Positions 1 through 12,070 of a DNA stretch of 58,958 nucleotides are shown here, in pieces. This stretch comes from Demequinaceae bacterium (lineage in GTDB: Bacteria > Actinomycetota > Actinomycetes > Actinomycetales > Demequinaceae). Location: positions 1-58,958 of the forward strand of contig JAHEMW010000002.1 in NCBI GenBank assembly GCA_024643505.1, in the 5' to 3' direction. The translations under genes and the position numbers were made by a program. The stretch's first letter is position 1. Every line of letters begins with the position of its first letter. A model generated the notes under the pieces. The model was not told where the DNA came from. It did no database searches and saw only the letters and a list, made by a program, of their open reading frames with translations.

Positions 1-2
1 GA

Positions 3-938
3 GGCTCTGAGTCAGCGGGCTTTCGCATCGGTGCAGGGGACGAGATCGTGGTGACGGAGACTGAGCACCACGCGAACCTCATCCCGTGGCAGCAGCTCGC
101 GGCGCGAACGGGCGCGACGCTGCGCTGGATTCCGGTCGATGATGACGGCCGCATGATTCTTGATGACCTCGACGCCATCGTCGGACCGCGCGCAAAGGTC
201 CTCGCATTCACGCATGCGAGCAACGTAACGGGAATCGTCACCGACGTTCGCCCGCTGGTCGCGCGCGCGCGCGACGTCGGGGCATTCACAGTGCTGGATG
301 GCTGCCAATCCGTGCCTCACGTGCCGGTCAATGTCGAGGCGCTCGGAGTGGACTTCATGGCGTTTTCGGGCCACAAGATGCTCGCACCGACCGGCATTGG
401 AGCGCTCTACGGGCGCAAGGCGCTCCTCGACGCGTTGCCGCCGTCGCTCTTCGGCGGATCAACGATACGCACAGTGACGATGACCGAGACGACCTGGCTC
501 GACGCCCCACATCGCCACGAGGCCGGCTCTCAGCCTGTGGCCCAAGCGATTGGCATGGGTGCAGCAGCCCGCTATCTCACGGAAATCGGGATGGACGCGG
601 TTGCCGACCACGAGCGCGAGCTTGCGGTGATTCTCCGTGAGGGTGCGGCGGCGATTCCCGGCGTGCGGCTGCTGGGGCCATCGGGCACGGCTGATGACGT
701 CCTTGGGCTGGCCTCGGTGGTCGTCGACGGCGTGCACTCACACGACGTCGGTCAATTTTTGGATGACGCTGGCATCGCGGTGCGCGTGGGGCACCACTGC
801 AATCAGCCGCTGCATCGGCGCTTCGGCATCACCGGCTCTACGCGCGCTTCTGCTCACGTGTACACGCGCCCTGAGGACGCCGACGCGTTCGTCGACGAGT
901 TGTCGCGGGTGCGGGCCTTCTTCGGAGTAGCAGCATGA
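3..938 (+). CDS. sufS: SufS-family cysteine desulfurase (5'-truncated by window edge)
   Basis: Open frame from window start; motifs EHHAN, DFMAFSGHKM (PLP lysine), RVGHHC (catalytic Cys); followed by sufU. Confidence 0.95.
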   Translation, partial: GSESAGFRIGAGDEIVVTETEHHANLIPWQQLAARTGATLRWIPVDDDGRMILDDLDAIVGPRAKVLAFTHASNVTGIVTDVRPLVARARDVGAFTVLDGCQSVPHVPVNVEALGVDFMAFSGHKMLAPTGIGALYGRKALLDALPPSLFGGSTIRTVTMTETTWLDAPHRHEAGSQPVAQAIGMGAAARYLTEIGMDAVADHERELAVILREGAAAIPGVRLLGPSGTADDVLGLASVVVDGVHSHDVGQFLDDAGIAVRVGHHCNQPLHRRFGITGSTRASAHVYTRPEDADAFVDELSRVRAFFGVAA

Positions 939-1396
939 GCCAACTCGAACAGATGTATCAGCAAGTCATCATGGACCACGCGCGAGAGCGTCACGGACGA
1001 GGGCTCATCCCGATCGAGGGTCTCGATGTCGGCGAATCGCACCAGATCAACACCTCGTGCGGCGACGAGGTCACGCTACGAGTAGGGCTCGACGGCGACA
1101 CGATCGAGTCGCTCTCGTGGGAGGGATCTGGGTGCTCGATCTCGCAGGCATCGGTGTCGATCCTCAGCGACATGGTCGACGGAGAGAGCATCGAGCACGC
1201 GCTCGCAACGATCGATGCCTTTCGAGACCTCATGCGCGCCAAAGGCGAGCCATTGGGAGACGACCGTGAGGACTTGCTTGGCGACGCGACGGCTTTCGTT
1301 GGGGTGGGAAAGTACCCCGCCCGCATCAAGTGCGCGCTGTTGGGATGGATGGCATTGACAGACGCTTTGGCTCAGGCACAAGGAGGACGACCATGA
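935..1396 (+). CDS. sufU: SUF system NifU-like sulfur-transfer protein SufU
   Basis: YQQVIMDH, SCGD, GCSISQAS, ARIKCA motifs; ATGA overlap with sufS. Confidence 0.93.
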   Translation: MSQLEQMYQQVIMDHARERHGRGLIPIEGLDVGESHQINTSCGDEVTLRVGLDGDTIESLSWEGSGCSISQASVSILSDMVDGESIEHALATIDAFRDLMRAKGEPLGDDREDLLGDATAFVGVGKYPARIKCALLGWMALTDALAQAQGGRP

Positions 1397-1716
1397 CCGA
1401 GACAGCAACGGCCAATGCCGCGGATGTTGAGGAGGCGCTGCGCGACGTCATCGATCCCGAATTGGGAATCAATGTCGTCGACCTCGGCCTCGTCTACGGC
1501 GTGGCAATGGACGCAAATAGGCATGCGGTCATCGACATGACGCTGACGTCCGCTGCCTGCCCGCTTACCGACGTCATCGAAGATCAAACGCAGCAGGCGC
1601 TCGACGGGATTGTTGACGGTTTCCGCATCAACTGGGTATGGATGCCGCCGTGGGGTCCAGACAAGATCACCGACGACGGTCGCGAGCAACTTCGGGCGCT
1701 CGGGTTCAACGTCTAA
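1393..1716 (+). CDS. sufT: Metal-sulfur cluster assembly factor (DUF59/SufT)
   Basis: VIDPELGINVVDLGLVY and MTLTSAACPLTD motifs; AGGAGG RBS; ATG at 1393 overlaps sufU stop. Confidence 0.9.
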   Translation: MTETATANAADVEEALRDVIDPELGINVVDLGLVYGVAMDANRHAVIDMTLTSAACPLTDVIEDQTQQALDGIVDGFRINWVWMPPWGPDKITDDGREQLRALGFNV

Positions 1717-1724
1717 CCTTTGTC

Positions 1725-2273
1725 ATGGGCTCGACTCACGTCGTGCTCGTGCGCGGCATCAATGTCGGCGGGCGCAACGCGGTGCCGATGGCTGCTCTGA
1801 GGTCTGCGCTTGAGACCGCGGGGCTACGGGGCGTGCGCACCTACATCCAGTCTGGCAACGTGCTTGTCGACGCGCCGGGACTGACCCACGAGGAAGTCGG
1901 AGCGGTCGTCGTCGAACGACTCGCGACGGACTTCGCGGTAGACACCGTCGTCGTTACGGTGACCGCTGACGCACTGCGAGCGACCGTGAGGAACGCACCA
2001 CCTGAATTCGGCTCGGCGCCGCACACCTACCACTCTGACGTCGCGTTTGTTCGAGCAGGCGTCACCACTGCGACCGCAGTGAAAGCGTTCGCGGTTCGCG
2101 ACGGGGTTGACACGCTGTGGGAAGGTGACGGCGTCGTCTATTTCCAGCGCTTGAGCGCTCAGCGAACCAAGAGTCGGCTGTCTGCAGTCATGGCTTCACC
2201 GGTGTATCGCGACATCACGATTCGCAACTGGGCGACGACGACGCGCCTCGCGGCCATGCTTGACGTTGATTGA
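1725..2273 (+). CDS. DUF1697 domain protein
   Basis: LVRGINVGGRN, VRTYIQSGN and TIRNWAT motifs; TAACCT -10-like box 5 nt before the ATG. Confidence 0.85.
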   Translation: MGSTHVVLVRGINVGGRNAVPMAALRSALETAGLRGVRTYIQSGNVLVDAPGLTHEEVGAVVVERLATDFAVDTVVVTVTADALRATVRNAPPEFGSAPHTYHSDVAFVRAGVTTATAVKAFAVRDGVDTLWEGDGVVYFQRLSAQRTKSRLSAVMASPVYRDITIRNWATTTRLAAMLDVD

Positions 2274-2278
2274 CGCCG

Positions 2279-2902
2279 TCACAGTGCGCGCGGCGCGGCC
2301 TCGTCGGCGATGCCGCGGGCGTGGAGCGCCTGGCCCATGTTGATTGCGAAGCCCACCGTTCGCGTGGCCGAGGGGATGAGGATCGCGCGCGGACTGCGCT
2401 CAAGCCCGCGTGCGCGCGCAGCCGTGCGCGCCTCGTTGAGAATCTGCGCGGCTTCGGGTATCGCCCGGAGCATCATCGAGAACATGAGCCCGATGGTCTC
2501 GGGTGGGAGGACGCGTCGCAGCGGTCGCGCCAGCGTCGAGACGAGGTCGAGCACCTCCTCCATCGGCGTTGATGAGGTGACTGCGAGCGCCAGCGCTGCA
2601 ATCGCAATGATGTCCGCGGATGTATCAATCGCGCGGAAATACTCGCCTTGCCACATTTGGTACCCCGAGGTCGCGGCCGCAATGATCGCGATGCCCGCCA
2701 TGCCCCGAAACGTCGCCCGAGCAGGTGGTGTCGTGCTCGCAAGCAGGAGCAGGCATGCTGCCGCGATCCCGACGGCAGACACCGGATCGTTGGTAAGGAT
2801 CGCCGCGATAGAGGTCACGAGCAGCAGCGCCATCTTGAATGCGGCTGACGAGTTGTGCAGCGGGGTGTCACGGGGCCGGTAGATACCCAGCAGCGTGATC
2901 AT
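2279..2902 (-). CDS. bioN: ECF transporter transmembrane T component (BioN/CbiQ-like)
   Basis: Hydrophobic protein with ARARG and ALHARG Ala-Arg-Gly motifs; in operon with bioY and ATPase. Confidence 0.85.
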   Translation of the reverse strand: MITLLGIYRPRDTPLHNSSAAFKMALLLVTSIAAILTNDPVSAVGIAAACLLLLASTTPPARATFRGMAGIAIIAAATSGYQMWQGEYFRAIDTSADIIAIAALALAVTSSTPMEEVLDLVSTLARPLRRVLPPETIGLMFSMMLRAIPEAAQILNEARTAARARGLERSPRAILIPSATRTVGFAINMGQALHARGIADEAAPRAL

Positions 2903-3606
2903 TCGTCCACGCCCTGTGACGCCCGCCCGTACATGAGGTCGCGATACATGTGGACCGCCTCAGCCGGATCGCCGTCGAATACGACGGCGCCACGGTCAAT
3001 CACGATCGTGCGCTCGGCGCGGGCCGCGGAGTCGAGGTCGTGCGTCACCTCGATTAGTTGTACGGGCAGCGACCGCAGGAGAGCGCCGACGTGGGCACGC
3101 CATCGTAGGTCGAGGAGCGTGGTTGGCTCATCCGCGACGATGATCGACGGCGCCACCGCGAGCAGGCCAGCAATCGCTAGCAACTGGCGCTGACCACCTG
3201 ACAATGCGTTGACCGACACGTCGGCCTTCTGCCCAAGTCCGATGTCCGTCAGAGCTCTGAGAGCCGCCGCGGTCCGCTCATCCCGATTCCGAATCGTGCG
3301 TCTGAGCGACAGCGTGACATCCTCGATCGCCGTCGGCATGATCAATTGCGCTGACGGATCGGTGAAGAGGTAGCCGACCTTCTGGCGCACCTTCGCGCCA
3401 TCGCGCATGGTGTCGAGGCCCTCGACCTCCACCGAGCCAGAAACCGGCAACACGAGCCCATTGATGAGTCGCGCGAGCGTCGACTTGCCGGAACCGTTCG
3501 CCCCGATCACGCTGATGCGCTCCTCGGAGAGCGTCAGCGTCGTCGCGTCGAGGATCGGCACCCCCGAATCAGGGGCGGTGACTACCGCCGCCTTGAATTC
3601 GATCAT
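2899..3606 (-). CDS. bioM: ECF transporter ATPase (BioM-like)
   Basis: Walker A GANGSGKST, LSGGQ signature, ADEPTT; downstream of bioY. Confidence 0.87.
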   Translation of the reverse strand: MIEFKAAVVTAPDSGVPILDATTLTLSEERISVIGANGSGKSTLARLINGLVLPVSGSVEVEGLDTMRDGAKVRQKVGYLFTDPSAQLIMPTAIEDVTLSLRRTIRNRDERTAAALRALTDIGLGQKADVSVNALSGGQRQLLAIAGLLAVAPSIIVADEPTTLLDLRWRAHVGALLRSLPVQLIEVTHDLDSAARAERTIVIDRGAVVFDGDPAEAVHMYRDLMYGRASQGVDE

Positions 3607-3615
3607 GGGGTAAGG

Positions 3616-4230
3616 CTAGGCGGTGACGACGCTCTTCTCACCTTCGACAGCTGGGGCGCTCGCCACCGTGGCCGACGTGCCGAGCAACTGCGGGTACGCG
3701 CGGTGCACGGCGGTGGCTACCGCCGCGGCGATAAACACCTTGATGATGTCCCCGATGACGAAGGGCGACGCAGCGACGATCGTCTCCTGGAAGCTCAGCC
3801 CGACCTTGAACGCGAGGTACGTCCACCCAATCAGATTGAGGACCACGAGCGACCCGACAGCGCAGGCGCCGAGGATTCCTGCAAACGTGAGCGCGCCGTG
3901 CTTACGCAACCGCTCGACGATGACTCCCGTCGCGAATGCGGCGGCGACAAAGCCGGCGAGGAATCCCGCGGTTGGCGATGCCCACACTGCGGGGCCGCCA
4001 ACATGCCCAGCGAAGATCGGAGCGCCTGCGGTGCCGACCACGAGGTAGAGCACCACGGCGGCCGCGCCGCGCCAGGCACCGAGGCATGCGCCAGCGAGTA
4101 CGACGGCGAGGGTCTGGAGCGTGACCGGAACGCTTCCGATCGGGATGCCTCCCCACAGCGTTGACGCGGCGATAAATCCCGCGAAGACGGACACCAGGGC
4201 GATGTTGTTGGCAGATAGGGCCTTGCGCAT
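3616..4230 (-). CDS. bioY: Biotin transporter S component BioY
   Basis: VPVTLQTLAV, GAPIFAG, PTAGFL and FVIGDIIK motifs; AGGAGG upstream (alternative start 4239). Confidence 0.92.
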   Translation of the reverse strand: MRKALSANNIALVSVFAGFIAASTLWGGIPIGSVPVTLQTLAVVLAGACLGAWRGAAAVVLYLVVGTAGAPIFAGHVGGPAVWASPTAGFLAGFVAAAFATGVIVERLRKHGALTFAGILGACAVGSLVVLNLIGWTYLAFKVGLSFQETIVAASPFVIGDIIKVFIAAAVATAVHRAYPQLLGTSATVASAPAVEGEKSVVTA

Positions 4231-4367
4231 GGGGGACAATCCTCCTGGGATAATGGTTGGCCGAAACCTTATCGTCTTGGCAACCCATCCCGACCCGCGC
4301 GTCCGCTATTGGTGCAAACGTTGTGGGACGCCGACAAACAGTCGTCACAGCCCGCGAGGAGAACCCG

Positions 4368-5966
4368 GTGATTGTCGCCAAGGACGTTGAGGTGCGCATC
4401 GGCGCGCGCGTGCTGCTGCGACCCACGAGTTTTCATGTGAACCCCGGCGATCGGATCGGCCTGGTGGGACGCAACGGTGCCGGTAAGACGACGCTCACGC
4501 GCATGCTCGCGGGCGAGGCGCCACCGACGACGGGCGCCATCTCGCACAAGGGTGCGGTGGGCTACCTCCCTCAGGATCCTCGCACGGGTGACCTCGGTCA
4601 GGTCGCGATGGACCGCATTCTGGAAGCCCGCGACCTCGCGGCGCTGGCGCGCAAGATGCGCGACGCGGAGCACGCGATGGCAGGTGACGACGAGGCGGCC
4701 CGCGACTCCGCAATGTCGCGCTACCCGCGTCTCGAGGAGCGCTTCCGCGCGGCTGGCGGCTACGCCGCGGAGTCCGAGGCCTCGCGCATCGGCGCGAATC
4801 TTGGGCTTGACGACCGAGTGCTGACCCAGCCACTCGAGACCTTGTCGGGCGGGCAGCGGCGGCGTGTCGAACTCGCGCGCATTCTGTTTTCCGATGCTCA
4901 AACACTCTTGCTCGATGAGCCGACCAACCACCTCGACGCGGACTCAATCGTGTGGCTGCGGTCGTTTCTCGCCAACTACACGGGCGGACTGATTGTGATT
5001 TCGCACGACGTCGAGTTGTTGCGTGCGACTGTCACGCGCGTGTTTCACCTCGACGCGAATCGCGGCGAAATCGACCAGTACGCCATGGGTTGGGATCTGT
5101 ACTTGCGCCAGCGCGAGACGGACGAGCGGCGTCGGCACCGTGAGCGTGACAATGCCGAGAAGAAGGCGGCCGCGCTGTTGTCGCAGGCCGACAAGATGCG
5201 CGCGAAGGCGACCAAGGCCGTCGCCGCTCAGAATATGGCGAGGCGGGCGGAGAAACTGCTGCAATCGGTGGAAGGCGAGCGCGTGCAGGACAAGGTGGCT
5301 GCACTCCGGTTCCCGACGCCCGCTCCGTGCGGCAAGACACCGCTTCGGGCTTCGGAGCTCTCCAAGTCGTACGGATCCCTGGAGGTTTTCACCGACGTCG
5401 ATCTCGCGATCGATCGCGGCTCACGGGTGGTGGTCCTCGGACTCAATGGCGCAGGCAAGACGACGTTGTTGCGGCTGCTGTCCGGCGTGGAAACCGCCGA
5501 CACCGGCGGCGTAGAGCCCGGGCACGGTCTCAAACTCGGGTACTACGCGCAAGAGCACGACATGCTCGACATGGACGCCACCGTTGTCGAGAACTTGCGG
5601 CACGCCGCGCCCGATCTCACGGATACCGATGTGCGAAAGGTGCTTGGTTCTTTCCTCTTCTCTGGTGACGACGCGCTCAAGCCTGCACGTGTGCTGTCGG
5701 GCGGCGAGAAGACTCGTCTCGCGCTCGCGACTCTCGTGGTGTCGCAGGCAAACGTGTTGCTCCTCGACGAACCGACGAACAACCTTGATCCCGTCTCTCG
5801 GGCGGAGATCCTGCGGGCGCTGCGCGCCTATGAGGGAGCCGTCGTGCTCGTCACGCACGACGAGGGTGCCGTCGACGCGCTTGAGCCAGAGCGAGTGCTG
5901 CTCTTGCCCGACGCGGTCGAAGACCTGTGGAATTCGGGTTATCGCGATTTGATCTCGCTGGCGTAG
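4368..5966 (+). CDS. ABC-F family ribosome-associated ATPase
   Basis: Two NBDs (GRNGAGKT/LSGGQ/LDEPTNHLD and GLNGAGKT/LSGGE/LDEPTNNLD), no TM segments; GAGGAG RBS before GTG 4368. Confidence 0.92.
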   Translation: MIVAKDVEVRIGARVLLRPTSFHVNPGDRIGLVGRNGAGKTTLTRMLAGEAPPTTGAISHKGAVGYLPQDPRTGDLGQVAMDRILEARDLAALARKMRDAEHAMAGDDEAARDSAMSRYPRLEERFRAAGGYAAESEASRIGANLGLDDRVLTQPLETLSGGQRRRVELARILFSDAQTLLLDEPTNHLDADSIVWLRSFLANYTGGLIVISHDVELLRATVTRVFHLDANRGEIDQYAMGWDLYLRQRETDERRRHRERDNAEKKAAALLSQADKMRAKATKAVAAQNMARRAEKLLQSVEGERVQDKVAALRFPTPAPCGKTPLRASELSKSYGSLEVFTDVDLAIDRGSRVVVLGLNGAGKTTLLRLLSGVETADTGGVEPGHGLKLGYYAQEHDMLDMDATVVENLRHAAPDLTDTDVRKVLGSFLFSGDDALKPARVLSGGEKTRLALATLVVSQANVLLLDEPTNNLDPVSRAEILRALRAYEGAVVLVTHDEGAVDALEPERVLLLPDAVEDLWNSGYRDLISLA

Positions 5967-5973
5967 GTACGCG

Positions 5974-6756
5974 CTAGAGCGCGTCTTCGATTTCCTCGTC
6001 AGTGCGGGTGGCACGTCGCGGCGCCCGCGCAGGCTCCGCCGAGGCTTCCTTGCCTTTCGCGTCGTGCCTGATGAGGAGGATTGCTCCCGTTGGCGCGAGT
6101 GCCGCGAGCAGCCACCATTGCCACGCGTATGACAGGTGTGGCCCGAGCCCAAGGGTCGGAAGCGGCGTCGGGGTGAGCATGCCTGACGCGGTGCACGACG
6201 GTTCGCACGCCGCGACGACGCCATAGCCGGGCAGTGCCGACGCCGGAGCGGCAGGCATCTGCGCGGACGCGATGCGAGTAGCGCCGTCGTCGCGTCGGCC
6301 GTCGTCCGGCTCCTGCTCGCGCAAGGTCAGCGACAGCGTGACAGGCGTTGTCGCGAGCGTGACGCCGTTGGGCTCCGTAGGCGCGTAACCGGCGTCGACG
6401 AGCAGCGCGACGCCTTCGTCGGTGACGAACCAGGCGAGCGCGTGAACCACGCGCGCGCCGTCGACCGGACGGTTACGCAGCCAGGTGAGGGACTCAGCGT
6501 CAAACGAACCTGATGCGGTCACCGCGCGCCAACGCGCAGCGTCAGGGAGCGGGTCTGCTGGACCAGCGACCACGTCGGCGAGGGGAACGCTCTCCACGGC
6601 CGCAGCCGCATTGAACGCCCGAAGTTCATCAGCGCGTTCGAGGTGTCTCCCGTACTGCCAACGGCCGAGCAGCACAGCGACGACACTCACCGATAGCGCC
6701 ACCACGATCACGGCCGCCGTCCGCAGCGCCGTCGTGACGCGGGTGGAGGTTGGCAC
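5974..6756 (-). CDS. SURF1-family (cytochrome oxidase biogenesis-like) membrane protein
   Basis: N-terminal TM followed by LGRWQ, LLVDAG, C-terminal GPHLSYAWQWW. Confidence 0.85.
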   Translation of the reverse strand: MPTSTRVTTALRTAAVIVVALSVSVVAVLLGRWQYGRHLERADELRAFNAAAAVESVPLADVVAGPADPLPDAARWRAVTASGSFDAESLTWLRNRPVDGARVVHALAWFVTDEGVALLVDAGYAPTEPNGVTLATTPVTLSLTLREQEPDDGRRDDGATRIASAQMPAAPASALPGYGVVAACEPSCTASGMLTPTPLPTLGLGPHLSYAWQWWLLAALAPTGAILLIRHDAKGKEASAEPARAPRRATRTDEEIEDAL

Positions 6757-6850
6757 CTTCCGATGCTAGTGGGCGGCCGGGCGGCGCCTGTCGACAACGT
6801 AGTGGCGCTAATTTTCGCGCGGGTGCGGCCGGTCGGATACCGTTGCCACC

Positions 6851-7555
6851 ATGACACGTCACGTGGTGGTCACCGGGGCGAGCCGCGGCATTGGCCGTGC
6901 GATCGCCGAAGCATTTGTCGCCGCGGGGGATACGGTGTCGACGATCTACCGCGGGGGCGACCTCCCCGACGGTGTGACAGGGGCGATCGCCGACGTGACC
7001 GATTCGGACGCCGTCAACGCCGCGTTCGATGAACTCGAGGCGCAGCACGGGCGGGTGCGCGTGCTCGTCGCGAATGCGGGCGTGACTCGCGATGGCCTGC
7101 TGATGCGGATGTCGGACGACGACTTCACGTCAGTGATCGACGTCAACCTCACGGGAACATTTCGGTGCGTCCGGCGAGCGGTGCAGTCGATGATGCGCGA
7201 GAAGTACGGTCGGATCGTCCTCATCGGATCAGTCGTCGGGCTGATGGGCAATCCCGGGCAAGTGAACTATTCGTCGTCAAAGTCCGCCCTCGTTGGCATG
7301 GCTCGCTCGATCACGCGTGAAGTTGGCTCGAGGGGAATCACGGCAAACGTCATCGCACCGGGATTCATCACCACGGCGATGACCGACGCGCTCGCCGACG
7401 ATGTCATCAAACGGTATGAGGACTCGATTCCCGCCAAGCGGTTCGGCGGCACCGACGAAGTTGCGGCGGCCGCCGTCTATCTTGGTTCCGACGCCGCCGG
7501 GTACGTCTCTGGAGCAGTGCTCCCGGTCGACGGCGGACTTGGCATGGGTCACTAG
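6851..7555 (+). CDS. fabG: 3-oxoacyl-ACP reductase
   Basis: TGASRGIG, NAGVTRD, YxxxK (YSSSK), VDGG; adjacent to fabI. Confidence 0.93.
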   Translation: MTRHVVVTGASRGIGRAIAEAFVAAGDTVSTIYRGGDLPDGVTGAIADVTDSDAVNAAFDELEAQHGRVRVLVANAGVTRDGLLMRMSDDDFTSVIDVNLTGTFRCVRRAVQSMMREKYGRIVLIGSVVGLMGNPGQVNYSSSKSALVGMARSITREVGSRGITANVIAPGFITTAMTDALADDVIKRYEDSIPAKRFGGTDEVAAAAVYLGSDAAGYVSGAVLPVDGGLGMGH

Positions 7556-7590
7556 CGCGCCACCCGGCGCGACAGAAGGAGAGGTTTGAC

Positions 7591-8358
7591 ATGGGCATGC
7601 TCGACGGCAAGAACATTTTGGTGACCGGGGTCCTGACGGAGGGGTCGATTGCCTTCTCAGTGGCGCGCTTGTGCCAGGAGCAGGGCGCGACGGTCGTGCT
7701 GACCGGCGTCGGTCGAACGTTCAAGATCACCCAGGCGATCGGTGGCCGCCTGCCGTCGAAGCCGCCTGTTGTCGAGCTTGACGTCACCAACGAGGAACAC
7801 GTCGCACAGTTGGCGGACCGCGTGCGCGAACACGTGCCGCACCTCGACGGCGCTGTGCACTCGATCGGCTTTGCGCCGCAGTCGGTGATGGGCGGCAACT
7901 TCATGTCCGGCGAATGGAACGACGTGTCGACTGCGCTCCACATTTCCGCGTACTCGCTGAAGGCGCTCGCGGCAGGGGTCGCGCCGCTCATGTCACACGG
8001 TGGCACGATCGTCGGCCTGACCTTTGATGGCCGCTACGCGTGGCCCGTCTACGACTGGATGGGTGTCGCAAAGGCCGCGTTTGAGGCGACGTCGCGCTAC
8101 GTGGCGCGCGACCTCGGCGCGCAAGGCATCCGATGCAACCTGGTCTCAGCCGGACCGATCAAGACGACGGCGGCCAAGCACATTCCCGGCTTCGATCAGA
8201 TGGAAAGCAACTGGAACACGCGCGCCCCGCTCGGCTGGGACAGCGACGACCCCGAGCCGACCGCGCGCACGGTCACCGCACTGCTCAGCGACTGGTTCCC
8301 CGCAACCACCGGTGAGATTGTGCACGTCGACGGCGGCGTTCACGCTATGGGCCAATAG
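7591..8358 (+). CDS. fabI: Enoyl-ACP reductase (InhA-like)
   Basis: SIAF, HSIGFAP, YDWMGVAK, TTGEIVHVDGG. Confidence 0.95.
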   Translation: MGMLDGKNILVTGVLTEGSIAFSVARLCQEQGATVVLTGVGRTFKITQAIGGRLPSKPPVVELDVTNEEHVAQLADRVREHVPHLDGAVHSIGFAPQSVMGGNFMSGEWNDVSTALHISAYSLKALAAGVAPLMSHGGTIVGLTFDGRYAWPVYDWMGVAKAAFEATSRYVARDLGAQGIRCNLVSAGPIKTTAAKHIPGFDQMESNWNTRAPLGWDSDDPEPTARTVTALLSDWFPATTGEIVHVDGGVHAMGQ

Positions 8359-8361
8359 CGC

Positions 8362-8874
8362 GTGAGACACATCTACCTCGTCCGGCATGCGAAGGCAGAG
8401 GCCCCAGGGCTCGGCAAGAGTGACCACGACCGCGCCCTCACCCTCGCGGGGCGTTCGTCGGCCTCGCAGCTTGCCGCCGCGCTCGCGGAGCGCGGTGCGA
8501 CCATCGACCTTGCGCTCGTGTCGTCGTCGACGCGAACACAGCAAACGTGGAAACTCATGGCGGGCGCTTTTTCTGACTCCGAGACGCAGGTGGTCGCGGC
8601 CCTGTACGAGACCCATGAGCAGGGGATCGTTGCGAAGCTTGCGGCCCTCGCTGATCGCGTGTCGAGCGTTGCGGTGATCGGTCACGAGCCCACTATTTCC
8701 GCAACGGCGTCGTGGCTCGCAGGTCCGGGCTCCGACACCGACGCTCTCAAGCGCGTCAGCCTTGGCATGTCGACTGGCACTGCCGCAGTGCTCGAATTCG
8801 ATGGCGACTGGGCCGACCTTGAGTCGCGCACCACGCGCCTCACCGGGGTAGTGGCGAGCAAGGCCCTCTTCTAG
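8362..8874 (+). CDS. sixA: SixA-like histidine phosphatase
   Basis: LVRHAKA, DHDRALT, RTQQT, IGHEP. Confidence 0.85.
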   Translation: MRHIYLVRHAKAEAPGLGKSDHDRALTLAGRSSASQLAAALAERGATIDLALVSSSTRTQQTWKLMAGAFSDSETQVVAALYETHEQGIVAKLAALADRVSSVAVIGHEPTISATASWLAGPGSDTDALKRVSLGMSTGTAAVLEFDGDWADLESRTTRLTGVVASKALF

Positions 8875-8920
8875 GTGGCGATGAGGCCTGCTGGCCGCGC
8901 GTCGAGCACGCTGCGCATCG

Positions 8921-10788
<1,868 letters not shown>

Positions 10789-10858
10789 AGGGCCAGCATA
10801 TGGGCTGACCTATCCGTTCGCAGGGCCAAGCTCAGGCAAGCCCACTAACGTAAGGATC

Positions 10859-12061
10859 ATGCGAGCAGACATCCTCACCCGTGAATATCCGCCATTCGTC
10901 TACGGAGGCGCCGGAGTCCATGTGACGGAACTCGCGGGGGTGCTCCGCGAACACATTGACGTCCACGTGCGCGCCTTCGACGGTGCGCGCGATGACCCGG
11001 GCGTCACGGGTTATTCGGCGCTTGGCGGGGGCGTCGGGGACGCGTCGCTTGACGTGCTCGCGCACAACCTGCCGATGGCCAAGGATTGTGGCGGGGCGGA
11101 TATCGTCCATTCGCACACCTGGTACGCGAACATGGCTGGTCACCTCGCGGCGCGGTTGCACGGCATCCCTCACGTTGTCTCGGCTCATTCACTGGAGCCG
11201 CTGCGCCCATGGAAGGCGGAGCAGCTCGGTGGCGGATACCGGGTCTCCTCGTGGATCGAGAAGACGGCATACGAGGCCGCCGACGCTGTCATCGCGGTGA
11301 GCGGCGGCATGCGTGCCGACGTGTTGCGCTGTTACCCAGCGCTCGACCCAGCGAAGGTGGCCGTCATTCACAACGGCATTAACGTCGACGCGTGGGCGGC
11401 GCCGTCGACCGATGACGAGCGCGCGGCGGCCGACGCGGTTGTCGCGCAGTGGGGCATTGATCGTGACCGTCCGGCGATTGTGTTCGTCGGCCGAATCACT
11501 CGTCAGAAGGGGCTTCCCTACTTCTTGCGCGCCGTCGAACAACTACCTGCAGACATCCAAGTGGTGCTGTGCGCGGGCGCTCCCGACACGAAGGAAATCG
11601 CGGCGGAAGTCTCCGGCGCCGTCGCGAAACTCCAGGAAACCCGCGACGGAGTCGTGTGGATCGAGAAGATGCTTCCACGCGCGGAGCTGGTGGCGGTGCT
11701 GGACGCCTGCACGGCGTTCGCGTGCCCGTCAATCTACGAGCCGCTCGGGATCGTCAACCTGGAGGCCATGGCCGTGGGACTTCCCGTCGTTGCGTCCGCG
11801 ACTGGAGGAATCCCCGAGGTCGTCGTGCCTGGCGAGACCGGCTCTCTCGTGACGCTCGACCAAATGACCGACGGCACGGGAACGCCCTTGCGCCCAGAGG
11901 AATTCATTGCGGATATGGCCGCCGCGCTGACTGACATGGTGTCGGATGTTGACCGTGCGAGGTCCATGGGAGCGGCCGGCCGCGTCCGTGCGATGGAGCA
12001 CTTCTCGTGGGAGGCGATCGGCGAGCGCACGCTCGACCTTTATCGGTCCGTCGTCAGATAG
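10859..12061 (+). CDS. glgA: Actinobacterial GlgA/GlgM-type GT4 glucosyltransferase
   Basis: TREYPPFVYGGAGVH, HSHTWY, GRITRQKG, YEPLGIVNLEAMA; divergent from glgC. Confidence 0.93.
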   Translation: MRADILTREYPPFVYGGAGVHVTELAGVLREHIDVHVRAFDGARDDPGVTGYSALGGGVGDASLDVLAHNLPMAKDCGGADIVHSHTWYANMAGHLAARLHGIPHVVSAHSLEPLRPWKAEQLGGGYRVSSWIEKTAYEAADAVIAVSGGMRADVLRCYPALDPAKVAVIHNGINVDAWAAPSTDDERAAADAVVAQWGIDRDRPAIVFVGRITRQKGLPYFLRAVEQLPADIQVVLCAGAPDTKEIAAEVSGAVAKLQETRDGVVWIEKMLPRAELVAVLDACTAFACPSIYEPLGIVNLEAMAVGLPVVASATGGIPEVVVPGETGSLVTLDQMTDGTGTPLRPEEFIADMAAALTDMVSDVDRARSMGAAGRVRAMEHFSWEAIGERTLDLYRSVVR

Positions 12062-12070
12062 GCTCGCGGC

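Noticed and set aside
4257-5966. ABC-F as an antibiotic-resistance (ARE) gene with a leader peptide
   Set aside because: Core-genome context near suf and fab genes and no convincing attenuator; a short TTG-initiated frame at 4321-4371 lacks an RBS; most likely housekeeping
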